DNA of 62,575 nucleotides, the filler included, from Catajapyx aquilonaris (Eukaryota): the NCBI GenBank assembly GCA_000934665.2. It is 3 parts of 3 records of this genome, joined end to end, with 100 filler letters (N's around TTAATTAATTAA, not from the genome) between each part and the next. Parts side by side here need not be neighbours in the genome. Positions count along the whole stretch, not along the records: positions 20,899 to 41,683 come from KZ539493.1; positions 41,784 to 62,575 come from JYFJ02006194.1; 1 more part is not named here. One strand, written 5' to 3'. The notes below the pieces were generated by a model. It did no database searches and was not told where the DNA came from. It was given only the letters and a program-made list of their open reading frames with translations. Shown one piece after another: positions 37,921 through 51,377 of the stretch. The position numbers and the translations under genes are program-made. Each line of letters starts with the position of its first letter. Within the stretch, counting starts at the first letter, position 1.

Positions 37921-40900
37921 GCTTTCGCTTTTGTGGAAAAAAGCAAGTTTATCATGCACTACATGTTTTCAATAACTTGTGGTTGTGTTTTGTTATAGTG
38001 CATTTAACTCCTAACTGTGCAAATGCTGAATGCCGCGTCAGACGATAAATGAGTGCCCAAGACATCGTGTACTCAACTATCCAAGACGCCTCACTCTTCC
38101 CATCTGTTGTCTAGAAATGGAACCTTACGGCCATTCCCTTTAAATGATGTGATATACTGCAGACCCTCCCAGCACACACTATACGTGAGTCTAATCTATA
38201 CTTTACACGCATAAGGCAGCTTGAGGTTCGCAATATTTGCATAAAAGTCAGTATGTCTCGAATGTATAATAGCTATTGCGAATCTTGTCATATCACAAAA
38301 TGACTGGAGTGCATGCAACTCCAATCAGTAGGTTTTTAGAGAAGACAGCATCAGTGCTCCAATACATAATTAGATAGATATCAGTGGCTTCCAAATGAGT
38401 CAATTACACCCGTAATGTAAGGCTGGCTGCAACAGACATCTCCGCAAAATTGGGCTCCTAATCACCATTTTTCGCCGCAATTTAGCAGACGGCAAAACGA
38501 TTATTATTCTTGGACTACGCAATTCTCCATCCCTGTAGGTCGTTGAAAATCGATCGAAACTTTGGGAGTGTGGCGATTTTTATCGCCAACGACGGAAGTA
38601 AAACCCACCATTTCTTGCTCATTTCCTGCGGTGTCAGGAGCAGCGAAATGACGACGGTGGGCTCCTTTTCAGAGGACAGGGAATATAGGGAATTGTGGGC
38701 ATGTGGGGGGGGGGGGTGGAAGAGCCTGTGGGCAGGAAAGAGGAGGTACCGCACAGGCAAAAGAGGTGAGTGCAAGAGGCCCCCTCTTTTCCTCCGAATT
38801 TCTTGAGGCCTCTCTCATCACACGTCACTCCAACTCTCCACAAATCCATTTCCTTGTGCCCGTACAATGCGATTCCGATGCCGTCCAGGTTTCTGGTGCG
38901 TCTGGCAGCTCGTCAGGTCCGATGGACAAAGTTGACGTGTGTTAACAGACCACGGACAGAATCTTACTGAATTCTCTCCTTTTTTTGTAGGCCCCTACTG
39001 CTGGCGAAACACGGCGGAATAATGCAGGCCAGATTGTGTGGTGTCCTTGCCATGACGTTCCAATGTCGGCTGCTGAAGCGGTCATTTGAAATACATCAGC
39101 TTCGAGTTACCAAATCCCGCTCAGGGAATCTGGAAGATTATCATCTGTCATCCTACTAACCTTGACGGGTTCGTAGCTGGAGGCTCGGTTATATCAGCTA
39201 TGACAGGTCATGGCCGAAAGGAGGAAGCTGGATCAAAAGGTAACCTCAATTGGGGGTTAGTTTATGGATGAGATCAAGTAAAAGCTGGTTATTACGTAGA
39301 TTACATGTGGTGTAGTAGGGTAAGTGGTGCCAATAGGAGGAAAAGCCCATGGAATTTGTACCAGAATATGGAGAAAACCCGTTAATTCTGCTTGATTACA
39401 CAAAGGCAGGTTGGGTATCCACTGATGTCTCTTCGGATAACATAGATTTTTAAGCTACGAACCGTTAAAAATATGAGGAAAGAACGGAATAATATTTTAG
39501 TATCATAGCATCAAGCATAGCATCTATAAAGGAAGATGGCGAAGTGGGACCCATATTTTTTAGTGTAATATTAAGCGATATTTCAGATACATATACTTGT
39601 AGTGTTTTAGGTTTCACACCCGATCGACACTCTGTGTGTTGCTTTTCATGTGATGAGCTATGTAAACTAACTGGTCATATTTAGAATGCAGTTACCCATT
39701 TCTTATTTCGCCAATAGAAAAAGGCAGTTTTGGTCTAATGACGAGATGGAAGATATACAATTGAGGAGTGTAATGCACGTAAATTTAGGCAAATAACGAA
39801 AAAGCAAAGAGAGGACGCAGCACTATATACTTTGAAAAGAAATGAAGTGTTGTCTGCAATTATTACATAGGCCTTTCATATACCTCTTAGATTGACAGAC
39901 TTTTTGATACATCCTGCTCCATAGTATACAGCAGTAGAGTCTAGGAAACTGTAAGTTACCTGACAAAACACTTACATGACCATCAGAAAGTAGGCCTCCT
40001 CGTGTGACGTTTCCATAATTATATTACATAATGCCCAGCTACTTTATTTTTACTAAAGTGTGACTGACGGTTTTGCATTCAGGTTATATTGCTCTTCACG
40101 ACTTGAAACAAATAATGCCACCGTGCATCTTACTAATAATAAGGCGTTCCATTACTAGTCTATATGGTACAGGGTAAATAATAATTCTTACTCATATGAT
40201 GAGTTCCTCCGCATGAGTGAATCATTTCGTATAAAGGTGTCATTCGGATACTCCACAGCCTCGTTACTAACAAAGAGACGTATAATATACCCTTTCTTTT
40301 TTAAAAAATATATGCAGCCATGCAATTTTAATGTCACCTTTCAGATCATTAGATGTAACCGGCGGATCCAAAGGAAAAAGTGAAATTGTAAAATCAGAAC
40401 ATGGAATCGTAATAATTCTAATAATTGTTATCTGAATAGTGAAAAATTAAAATGACGCCCCTACATGAAATGATTTTCAGGTGCCAACTACTCATCTTAG
40501 GGGATTGTCGTACTCGTTTTGAGATACACTACCTTGTATAGTCCCCTAGGTTCAGTTGTAAAGGACCGTTAAGTATACCGGTATACTGTATAGTTGTTAT
40601 GGAGTGGCGTTCCTCATAAATATGATATTTTATATCGAAAGCGTTCAGCTGTTATTTAATGCTTAGTCAAATTTCAAGGTCAACTCCAGCTTCCCGAAGG
40701 ATCCCTTTATAGGTTTATTTGGTATCCGCAGCCTCATTTCCAAAATAATGGACTTTAAACAACATGAATGCAATATCCTGGTAGGTAGGCTTCCTCAGAT
40801 AGACCTCGTCTATTTAATTAAATGTAGATGTTACCTTGCAATTCCAATATTTACACTACGATCTCATAGCAGATAGTCACCGAGAATATGGAAGGGTCGT

Positions 40901-41683
40901 TGGATCTACACGCGCCATAGAAAATAGTGTGCAATGCACTATTTGATTAATGCTAATTACCTGTGTAACGAGGCTGGGGAGACCAATGTCACCTCCACAC
41001 TGATAGTGCTAATCAGGTGTGCATTAGTATTCTGATTATCTTGTTGTCACAAGTTTTTTTTAAAGGGTCCAGAGTGCGTAAAACACTCTAACCCCAATTC
41101 AAATATTGTCTTTTCCACGTGTAAGGTCTACACGAGTTTCAATCGGAACATTTTGTAACTGTAATGCCTTCGACAATTCGGAGTGTTTACAGCAATGATG
41201 CTCACCATTACCCTTGGCACACCACTTTCAAAGAGACTATATGTTGCTGATAACAAGCGCTCTCTTGGGAGTGGCAGTGAAGGGTGTGACGCAAATGTTT
41301 ATTTCCCTACTTTTTGCTGCAATTGTAGTCCATACAAAAAGAGAGAACCATTATTTTGGGAAATTATTGGGTATTAAGATTTTGACCCAGTGATTCTATA
41401 GATACTGGGATAACCCCCGGGAACCAACATAGGGAGTTAGTTGTGTGAGTTGGCGGTTTTGCCAAGAGATGGCTTGGATACTGGAGGTGTATAGAGAGTG
41501 GACTGGAGGGAAGATTCATACATTTATAGAGTACCCGTGAAGCAGCCTCGGTAGAGGCTGGTTTTAATAAATAGGTTGTTAGCAACATGGACCACTATCA
41601 CGACCCTGAGTGACCTCTGGGGTCTGAATAGAAGATCTATAGGGAGGTCGGATCTCACAACTAATTATTCGAAAAGCCATCAT

Positions 41684-41783
41684 NNNNNNNNNNNNNNNNN
41701 NNNNNNNNNNNNNNNNNNNNNNNNNNNTTAATTAATTAANNNNNNNNNNNNNNNNNNNNNNNNNNNNNNNNNNNNNNNNNNNN
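41684..41783. other. Assembly gap with TTAATTAATTAA linker
   Basis: N44-linker-N44. Confidence 0.95.
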
Positions 41784-44481
41784 CCCTGTACGGACAAAAG
41801 CGGACAAAGTGCAACCCCCCTCCCCCCCTTCACTTGTCCGCGCGGATTATGGACGGCCCCCATGCACTTTGACACAAGTATGAAACAAATATTATACCTA
41901 CATTAAAATTTTGATGGGGAGAACCACAAGGTTTTTTTGAGTTGAAATATTCACCAAAATTTTTTTGTGATTGTTTACATGTCAAAGTAGCTGACATTTT
42001 ATCATGTTACATTTTAAACCTTTGAAGACTAGTGCAGAAACTTACAAGCCTAAGTGGACATGGTCAGGGAGGCCAGATCTTTCGGCATGTGACATCACCA
42101 TTGAGAATGCTCAATTTAACCTTCAAATAGTAAATGTAAAGGCTTGCCTGACGTGTAACACACATGCCCCAGCAGGATGATTAATGCACGAAATAAATAT
42201 ATGGAGAGCACTGAACTAGGCTAAAATTAACCCATTAGTCTACAAACTTATCTGCACCTGAATGGGACTATTGTTCATTCAGAAAAACATCTCCACAACT
42301 CTATCTTTCATTCAATACCTCTGGCTGGTCATTTGCTCCTAAAATGCTTCAAGGTTGGGTTCATTCAGAGTGCATGTCCGTGCATCTGTGTAACATTTAA
42401 CATGTCCTAGCTAGTGACAACAGAAATGTGTGCGTGGCTTGGTACTGCAAAATAAATGAACGTGGCAAAAATGACTTTTGATTTGCATCGACTGACGCAG
42501 ATTCTGGATACAGAATACCTTTCCTCCCATTGTTCCCTTTGTTGTTGCAGTTATCAAAATGCAATTGTGTCACAAAACTGTAAAAACGAACCAAAAGGCC
42601 AAATCGGTTGAAACCAGCCGGATGTCCTTCAAGCGAGAAATTGGCATGCATATTTCTCTGTCTTGAGAGGATGTGACTAATTAGTTCATATTAACTTTCC
42701 TCTTGGGCATGCATGTGGCCAGACCAAGCAGTCAGTAAGCCATACAACACAGCATATCACGCTAAAACCAGCCGCAACATTTGCATGGATGTCAACGACT
42801 GTTGAATTGTCATGCAGTTTTAATTAAAGCAATTTCAATGAAATCGGCATGGTGCATGTTCTGGAAAATTTTCCCACTACGTGAATGTGGCAGACATGCC
42901 CTGAAACGTCTCAGACAGCGCTTTTTTTTTGCAATACATATTTTGACTTCTGATATTACATTATGTGTGTAAATTAATATTGACAATTATTGCAAAGTAC
43001 AATTAACTGCAATGTCGCAATATGTCAGCCGTAAATATTTTTTTCCAGTGTTAACTTGTGCCCTGGTGTACTCTACACACTGGTCATCGCTGGCCCATAA
43101 TGCAGCGTTTCTCAACCTTTTTACCCTTGCGGAACCCTTAAAATAATATTCATGTCTCGGGGAACCCCTACATATTTTTTTTTACATATCAATGGCAAAA
43201 AAATTTTTACTTATAATTAGCCCATTCATCACTATTTTTTTTTTTAGCAGAACCCCAATTGTGCCATGATGTAATGAATGAATGAATGAATGAATCTTGC
43301 ATATGGCAGCATCCACCCAAAATTAATCAGAATCACTTGAATTTCCTCCTGGCCCATCCAGCCTCATGTGTTCCACCCAACCCCAGCCTACACATTTTGA
43401 TGTTCTTCCCAATCGAACATGATGCAACTTCCTTTCCCCAACTGTGCCACGGGTTGCAACCCAAACCCGAGCCAAAGTGACCCCCAACCCGACACATCTC
43501 GTAGAGAACAATCAATGGGCGAAAAGGGTTGGAGAGTGGGAGCGAGAGAGAGAGGGGTGGGGGGTCCATTATCCGGAATTAATATCCGGCCCACTTCGGA
43601 TCCGGAGGCTGGATTAATCCCACGGGCTGAACCCCCCCCGGATCCGATGTAAGGTGTAGGGGGATCCGGGTGTGGCGGTAGGGAGAGTGGAATATCTCAC
43701 CGATTTTGATCCTGAGCCGCTCTTCAACTCGGACCTTCCTGTCCGACATGTTGGGCCATTTTTTTACGAGCAGGCCCATTCATTCATGAAAAAGGGGGAC
43801 TCGATGCGGGACCGGGTTCCCGGGTAGGACGGGAGATGGCAGCACTTGACGGGGGATGTGCCAGCGACACCTGTTGCGTCAGTGGGGAAGCACTCCGGAT
43901 GCTGGCGACACCTGTTGGCGACCGGATGAACTACCGCACTTTTAGTACAAAGTGTAATGAACGTGTAATGTGCTCAGTACACGACGAGTACCGCGTGGTG
44001 TGCTGCCCGGCTGGTGAGGCTCGACTGTTCCCGGCGCTCTTGGCTCACCCTGCCGCTCACCCCACGGCCGGATGCGGGCCCACGCATTGATGCAATACCG
44101 CGAAAGGACGTTATGAAACATCCGACGTGAGCTCATTGCAGGCTGGAGCACACAGGTCATACGCAGGGAAAATAATTCGAGTTGTTGCTCTGACGTAATT
44201 GTGTGGCACGTGGGGGACGTCAGAAGGCAGGAAATGCAGGTGGTTTACACCATATACAGAATAGGCTCGGCGTGACTGTCGGATACACGTTGACTCATCA
44301 CCAACGTGCATGTTGTTAACCATAGTTACCACCGTGGCAGTAGTGTGCAGAGAGGGCGGATGGGCGCCATCCGCTTGTACGTCCAATTGGGGAAGCAAGC
44401 CGGGCAGTGTTGCCAAGTTTCGACACCTTCACCACTAGTTAGGTTAGGTTGATATAAGTTGCTGTTGCAGGTGACTGAACG

Positions 44482-46057
44482 ATGCCGATCACTGAGTACA
44501 TATCGTCCCTCTCGGACAACCCCTATTTTGGGGCCGGGTTTGGTCTGTTTAGTGTGGGTGCGGCGGCTGCGGTGATGCGGAAGCTGATGCAGGTTGGGAT
44601 GGTGCTGTTCCGGCGTCACTATGTCACCACGTTGGAGGTCCCTTGCCGGGATAAGAGTTATCAGTGGGTGCTCCAGTGGATGACTGCCAGGGGGGCCAGA
44701 CATACACAGCACATCAGCGTGGAGACCACCTTCCAGCAGACGGACGCTGGGCAGGTCAACACCAAGTATGGGTTCATACCCAGTGTCGGGGTACATTTCT
44801 TCAGGTGGGGGCCCAGCTGGGTGAGGGTTGAGCGGGTGAGGGAGCAGCACACGTTGGATCTGCACATGGGTGTGCCCTGGGAGACAGTGACTCTTACCAC
44901 GTTAGGGCGTAACAAGCAGCTGTTCTATGACATACTCGAGGAGGCAAGGCAGATGGCACTGCTCGAGCATGAAGGAAAGACTCTCATGTACACGGCCATG
45001 GCGTCTGAATGGCGGCAGTTTGGGCATCCACGTAAGAAGCGGCCGATTGAGTCTGTCGTACTGGACAAGGGCTTGTCAAGGAGAATCGTTGATGACGTGC
45101 AGGAATTCATAGAAAATTCAAACTGGTATCGAAGCAGAGGGATTCCCTACAGGAGGGGGTACCTGCTCTATGGACCACCTGGATGTGGGAAGTCGTCATT
45201 CATTACCGCATTGGCAGGGGAGTTGGGCTACAGCATATGCGTGCTCAACCTGAGCGAACGGGGGCTGAGCGATGACAGGCTCAACCACTTGCTCAGTGTG
45301 GCCCCTACGCAGAGCATAGTACTGTTGGAGGATGTGGATGCTGCATTTGCCAGCCGGACTGAGTCAAAGCAAGGTTGGCATTGGTCTCGCTTAATAACTG
45401 ACCCGAAATAAATTTGTGCAGAGATGTTGGCATTTTTACGCGCAATCAATTATAAGCAAGAATTGACGAGTGTGATGCCAAGACAATACCTAATTATGCA
45501 AGTGGCCAACAGAAAGCCATTCAGATTACATTGAAAGTGTGGTTATAAACTGATGCTCAGTTGGCCTCTGCATTATAATTTTACCTGTACTTATTCACAG
45601 TGAAGGCAGCATACGAAGGATTGAGCCGCATCACCTTCAGTGGATTCCTCAACAGCATGGATGGTGTGGCCTCGACGGAAGGACGAATACTCTTCATGAC
45701 GACCAATTTTGTGGACAGGTAACCACTCGCAAGCCTCACGATTAGTATCTGCTTGACTGATATCTTCCTTGCAGACTTGACCCTGCCTTGATCCGTCCGG
45801 GACGAGTGGATGTCAAGGAGTACATCGGCTATTGCAATGCGTACCAACTGGAGGAAATGTTTTCTCGCTTCTATCCTGACGAAACGCAGCAGAGAGCAGC
45901 TCTCTTTGCGTCCAAAGTAATTGCTTACAATAAGCCAGTGAGTCCTGCAATGGTGCAGGGTTTCTTCATGTTCCACAAGACCGAGTCACAAGGAGCCTTT
46001 GATAACATGGACCATATATGGGACTCGTTTGTTAGTCCAGCCGCCAATGGCGGTTGA
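44482..46057 (+). CDS. BCS1: Mitochondrial chaperone BCS1 (AAA ATPase), 3 exons, 430 aa
   Basis: Exons 44482-45373, 45601-45718 and 45775-46057 (1293 nt). [31 protein letters not shown] (Walker A), LLEDVD (Walker B), [11 protein letters not shown]. Confidence 0.97.
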
Positions 46058-46121
46058 AAATAAAGCAGTCAAATAAGTTATTAGAGCTGGAAGGTTTTTT
46101 ATTCGCAATGTATCCCGCCTT

Positions 46122-47920
46122 TTAGATGGTCGATGGGTACATCATCTGCAAAATAATTCGGGAGTGTTACAGCATGTCCTTTATAATGGTTACGAGATGG
46201 ACTTACAATTCGGACACGGCGTCCCATCCCCTTTGAAGGAAGGTTGCGCTTGAACTTTGCCCTGACGGCACCACTGCATCCATGAGGTCGGGTCACCTTG
46301 CCCCAGATAACACGCAGCTTAGACTTTTCCTTGCTACCAGGGACAGACGTCTTCCTCCTCGCCTATTAATGGAATTATTAGTATTAGAGGGATTATTGAG
46401 GTGCAGTTGCAATGTTGTAAGTGATAGAAGGAAATCAGAACCGGTAATGAAATGGGTGCACTAATTTTGTTTCCAATCCAGGACCAATTTTGTTGCTTTT
46501 GGTAATAGTTTGGGAAAGTTGCAACTTTCTCAACTCTGATACGGCCCCAGGAGAAAATGGCAGGTGGAAAGAAATTTCTTGCAATTTTCACAGCCGGGAT
46601 AAGTGGCTTCTTTGGGGATCCTCTTTCAATGACCCATCTTCATTCAATTTTTATGCTACTGATGGATATTGATTGGAGAAACGCATACGAACATGGACAG
46701 AACCTGTCTTCTTTACACAAGCATGGGATGTCGAGAGGTCATGCAAGAGTCTAACATGAAAAGGTATGGAAAAAAATTGCATGGGTCAAGAGGTGGCTGG
46801 GACACAAACCACTATGCCACTTTTTATTTTACAGCACTGCCGTTAGATGCAAGAAGACCATAACTCAAAAACGAGTAAGGGTGAAAGTCGCATGCATGCC
46901 CTGCACTAATCCCCTCTGACTCATGCGGGATTAGTGCAGGGCATGCATGCGACATTCACCCTTTATACTGGTTTTTGAGTTACGGTTCTTCTTGCATCTG
47001 ACGGGAGAGCATTGGTAAAATTAATTAGGTCCATTTGTCCTAGTTACATACTGGATACTACAGTATTGGTCATATATCGAGGCAACCGCCAGCGACATTT
47101 TCCGAAGCTTGTAGCATGCTTATCTTCGATTCCTTCTTCTGCCACTTCAGAAAATGTCGCTGGCCGTTGCCCCGATATACGACCAATACTGTACAACTGT
47201 CATTGAATTAAATTCACTTCATGCAGTCATGTTGGTTAATTGTAATATCTTGCTTGTACAGGGTTGCCACATTCGATCATTGCCATATAAATTGACATAA
47301 AACACCCTGCACATTCAAATTTTGGAAAAAAGTTGGAAAAACAGTTAATCTGCCAATATATTCCACACCTTGATTTTCATAACTTGAAAAATCTGGGGGA
47401 AAAACGTTTCACTTTTGCTTCTGATATTTACAACAATTTCTACTAAAAATCATTGCCTGTTGCGATCCAACCGCACCCAAAACACCCTTTTGCAACCATG
47501 GCAGTTTTCAATCTGTGAGTAACAAGTAACTTGTTGCCGCTGGAAGCATGGCTTGGTGAAAAATGTGCATAGACTAATCCCAAGGCCTGTCATAATGGTA
47601 AAGTACAAGTGCCACCAACTGACCCTGTAGACGTAAGCACAGCGCTTTCCAACGTAGAACCGGCTGTCCGTCATGGTGTTGCATCCCTCCACCTTGAGCA
47701 GGGCCGTGTTCTCAGACTGGTTGCGCAGGCTGCGCTTGTAACCAGTGAACACCGCCTTGGCGTAGAGGCGCCCTCCCCTCCTGGGCTTGCGTGGCGCTGG
47801 GGCCTTGGGTGCCTTCGGGGCCTTGGTGGCCTTCTCCGCCACCACCTTCTTCTCCTTCACCTCCTTCGGGGCGGCCTTCGCCTTCTTAGACTTCGCTGCC
47901 TTCTTCTGCTCCTCCGCCAT
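46122..47920 (-). CDS. RpL35A: 60S ribosomal protein L35a (eL33), 3 coding exons, 158 aa
   Basis: Exons 47920-47624, 46362-46207 and 46145-46122. [48 protein letters not shown]. Confidence 0.97.
46840..47004. mobile_element. Palindromic MITE in RpL35A intron
   Basis: CCGT.AGATGCAAGAAGA..TAACTCAAAAAC..GGGTGAA.GTCGCATGCATGCCCTGCACTAATCCCC followed by its inverse. Confidence 0.85.
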
Positions 47921-48308
47921 TGTCGGTGCGGCTCTAACCAAACATACAAACACGGTCAGTCTTTTGCAACATTGACCTGCAACGTGTCAGTGACATTCAT
48001 CTTAATAAAATCCACTGTAATAATTTCATGCGCAGGTTCATGTCAACGGGAGGAAGCAACATAATATTCCTCAACCAGGTTGGGAACGTGGTGTGCGGCG
48101 GACACCGGGAGGAGGCGTGACCTGCACACAATCCGGACTCATCCGGGCCCCTTCCCTCTCCTCCGGGACCCCCCATCCCTCCCGTCCCAACCCGGACAAA
48201 CCCTCGGATGTCCCGGGTGACCCGGACAGGGCATCGGGACATACCGGGGATCCAAAGAAATTCGGGAAAAAACTCACGGGAGAAGGAAACGGAGATGGAA
48301 ACACTCAC

Positions 48309-48350
48309 CGTGCGACCAAACCGGATGAAGTCGGAGAAACGGAAGCGGGG
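48309..48350 (-). promoter_or_regulatory. Probable non-coding first exon of RpL35A with a polypyrimidine (TCT/5'TOP-like) start
   Basis: CTTCCGTTTCTCC...GCACG|GTGAGT donor; acceptor TTAG|AGCCGCACCGACAATG at 47933. Confidence 0.65.
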
Positions 48351-48739
48351 TTGCCAGGACATGCTCTCGAACTCAATCTGCGCATGTTATGCTAGAAAGT
48401 AATCTTATCCTGCTTTAATTATGATCGTGTAATTAAAATTAATTAGTACTACTATTTATATGGCGGATGTGTGATGGCGCACTTCGCCTGGCAACTCGTG
48501 CCACGTTGCACCCTCCCACTCCTGAATGGCGCCAATTTCAATTTAATGGACACTGCATTTTCTGTTATTTGTGAGAGATTACAGTGTCAGTGCTGGCACA
48601 ATGTGCAACATGAAATACAAGCAAAATTGCTGCTGACCTATACATATTTTATTCAAGTTTAGTGCCATATGCAGCCATGAATCTGATCGTTGACGACCTA
48701 TGCTCCATGACATGACAATTTTAAGCAACAAAGCCTTAC

Positions 48740-48787
48740 CAGGGAGCATATTATACTACATGTAGTATATGTAGTATATGCTCCCTG
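48740..48787. mobile_element. 48-bp mini TIR element
   Basis: CAGGGAGCATAT...ATATGCTCCCTG flanked by direct repeat GCCTTAC. Confidence 0.8.
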
Positions 48788-49441
48788 GCCTTACACTGCT
48801 TTCTCAGTCAGTGGACATATCCGTAATGAATCCACGACATGATTAGGGGAAATGGCTGAATTACTCAAAATTCCAGAAAAGTTGGCATGTATTAATTTAA
48901 AGGTGACTAACCTACCATGTTGAAACTAGTTCTTGCAAAAATTGTGCCAGAGAGCATTACACCACATCCTCATGTCATAGTGTACAAAATGATTTCATGA
49001 AAATAATACTAAAGTCTATCTGATTTATGTGCTGGGTCTACATGAAGCAATAATATGTTAACAAATGTAGTAAAACAGACTTGAATTTCCTACCTTCCAT
49101 TACAATATTTAAAATGTTTTTATTTCCAGTAGCATGAAAAGGTATGGAAAACAATTGCACGGGTTATACTGTATGTTTATTTTTTGATGAGGGGTAGAAT
49201 ATCATGGACCAGGTTGAACCATGCCCACCACAAATAGCAGCAGTGCACTCTTCTGGGTTGCCAAGCATGACAAAAAGAAGGCACATGGAGATCTGTTTTT
49301 AGCCATGTCTCCCAGACCCCCTAAATATAACTTTCCCTTTGGAGCCCAGCCCATGTCCAAGGTGCTGCCTCCTTCCGCCCTCTCCCCTTCATCCTTAAGT
49401 TCTGCGTCTTGAAGACTATTCCCTTGCAACAACGCAGCACA

Positions 49442-51377
49442 ATGGGGTTGAGCTGTCCTCTGTGCTCCTGCCAATCCTTCCCAAGTCTGGAGTCACTCCA
49501 AACCCGCCTGGTGCAGGCTGCGACCAAGCAGCTGAATTGTCCAGTATGTCCAGATATCCTGTACGGTCTGGACAAGCTGACCATACATCTGTTCAGCCAC
49601 TGCACTCCGTTCTGTGCACCGCAACATGAGTGCAAGGATGCGCAACCATGGCGATGTGATTCATGCAGCAGCGACGCTCCAGAGTCATATTTCCAGTGCA
49701 GTAAATGCAAGGTTGGGTTCCAGCACAGAGCACATCTGGAGATGCATGTGTGTGAGGTCAGGTGCCGTCAGTGCCAAGATCCAGTGGCGTCTGTTGGAGA
49801 GCTGCATCATCACTTAGCTCAATGTCACTCGGACAGAAGCCACCTCTGCCACCTGTGTCTGAAGGCATTCAAGACCAGGGGCAGTCTGCATGTCCATGTC
49901 AGAGTAGCACACAAGCTGGATGCGGGGTTGGAGAAGAAGTCAGCAGGAAAGCGGCAGGTCAAGTCTGGAGTGGAGGTCAAGGGCACGGAGGAGGAGCATG
50001 TGTGCGGCACTTGTAAGAAGGCGTTCAAAAAAGAGCAGCACTTAACACAACATATGAAGACCCATGATGGGAAGCAATGGGAGTGCGATGTCTGCAACAA
50101 GTTCTTTACCACCAAGTACTTCCTCAAGAAGCACAAGCGATTGCACACAGGTAAAAAAAATGAAGGTCTGGGATAGGCGTACAGTGTGCAACTTGCATGA
50201 GAGGCACCACATTTACTGTCGTAAGTATCTCCAACTGTTGGCAGCAATAATTAGTCAACAATGTCAAATCTGAGATTCATAATACATTCGACCTGATGAA
50301 TCAAGGGACAATTATGGCTTACGCTCATCAGATAATACTCTTCTTAAGATTTTGAAATGATCTGAGTATGTTTTTACAGTAACAATATATTGCAATTGCT
50401 TTTAACAGGTGAAACTCCATACTGCTGCGAAATATGTGGGCGCACCTTCACATTCCAGCAGTCATACCACAAGCACATGCTCTATCACACAGATGATCGA
50501 CCTCACCAGTGCAGTGACTGTGGTAAGGCATTTAAAGAGCTGTCGACACTTCAAAATCATCAAAGAATACATACTGGCGAGAAGCCCTTCTCATGTGAAA
50601 CTTGCGGTAAGAATTTCAGGCTGCACTGTCCCTGTCAACCAACATAATCACTCTGCTGCTATTACAGGTAAGAGCTTCCGCCAACGGGTATCATACTTGG
50701 TACACAGACGAATTCATACTGGAGCAATGCCATACAAATGCACTGCCTGTGGGAAGACTTTCCGCTACAAGGTAATTCCCACACTTTAATTTCACAAATA
50801 AGTGAAAAATGAAAATCACCTGCTCTAATTACAGGTGAGCCAACAAACACACAAGTGTGAGTCAAATCCTCCCGGAACAGTTGTGAAACATGCCAGCGAG
50901 TTTGTCCAACGTTTACTCGAAACGGTTCAACGGCACAACGAAGGCGACCCCTCTACTCTAGCCATGTTTGATGCAATACCGGTCATCACCGAACCAGGAG
51001 CTACAGTGACTTTGTCAGTTCCAGTGTCGTCAGAGGTGCCCGAGATACCACCCACTGCACAAATTCCATTGCTGCCAACTCCTGTTGATTTCAACAATGT
51101 TTCCAGTGACCTAGTGTGGTCTCAACCATGGCTAGACACACAAAAGTCAAGTGAAGAAACATCCAGAAGTCTCCAAAACTTGAGCCTCGCTTCTCCCCCT
51201 AAACCTAGTAGTCCAAATGCTTCTGAACTGGACAACCTGCTCAACGACTGCCATCCGTGGCTCTCTTCTTCTCTTCCGGACCAAACCTTGTGCGAATTTC
51301 TCTGCCCACCGAAAGACCCCACGCTACAAACAATTAATCAGGACTCGGTTAGGGATCTTCTTTCGTACGACCCGTAG
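49442..51377 (+). CDS. Multi-C2H2 zinc-finger protein, 4 exons (~517 aa)
   Basis: Exons 49442-50150, 50409-50606, 50668-50771 and 50835-51377 (1554 nt in frame); HTGETPY/HTGEKPF/HTGAMPY linkers; AATAAA near 51390. The start codon is not certain. Confidence 0.9.

Noticed and set aside
46363..48308. Intronic snoRNAs in RpL35A
   Set aside because: Plausible for a ribosomal protein gene, but I could not find a convincing C/D or H/ACA box pair by eye; needs an Infernal/Rfam scan.
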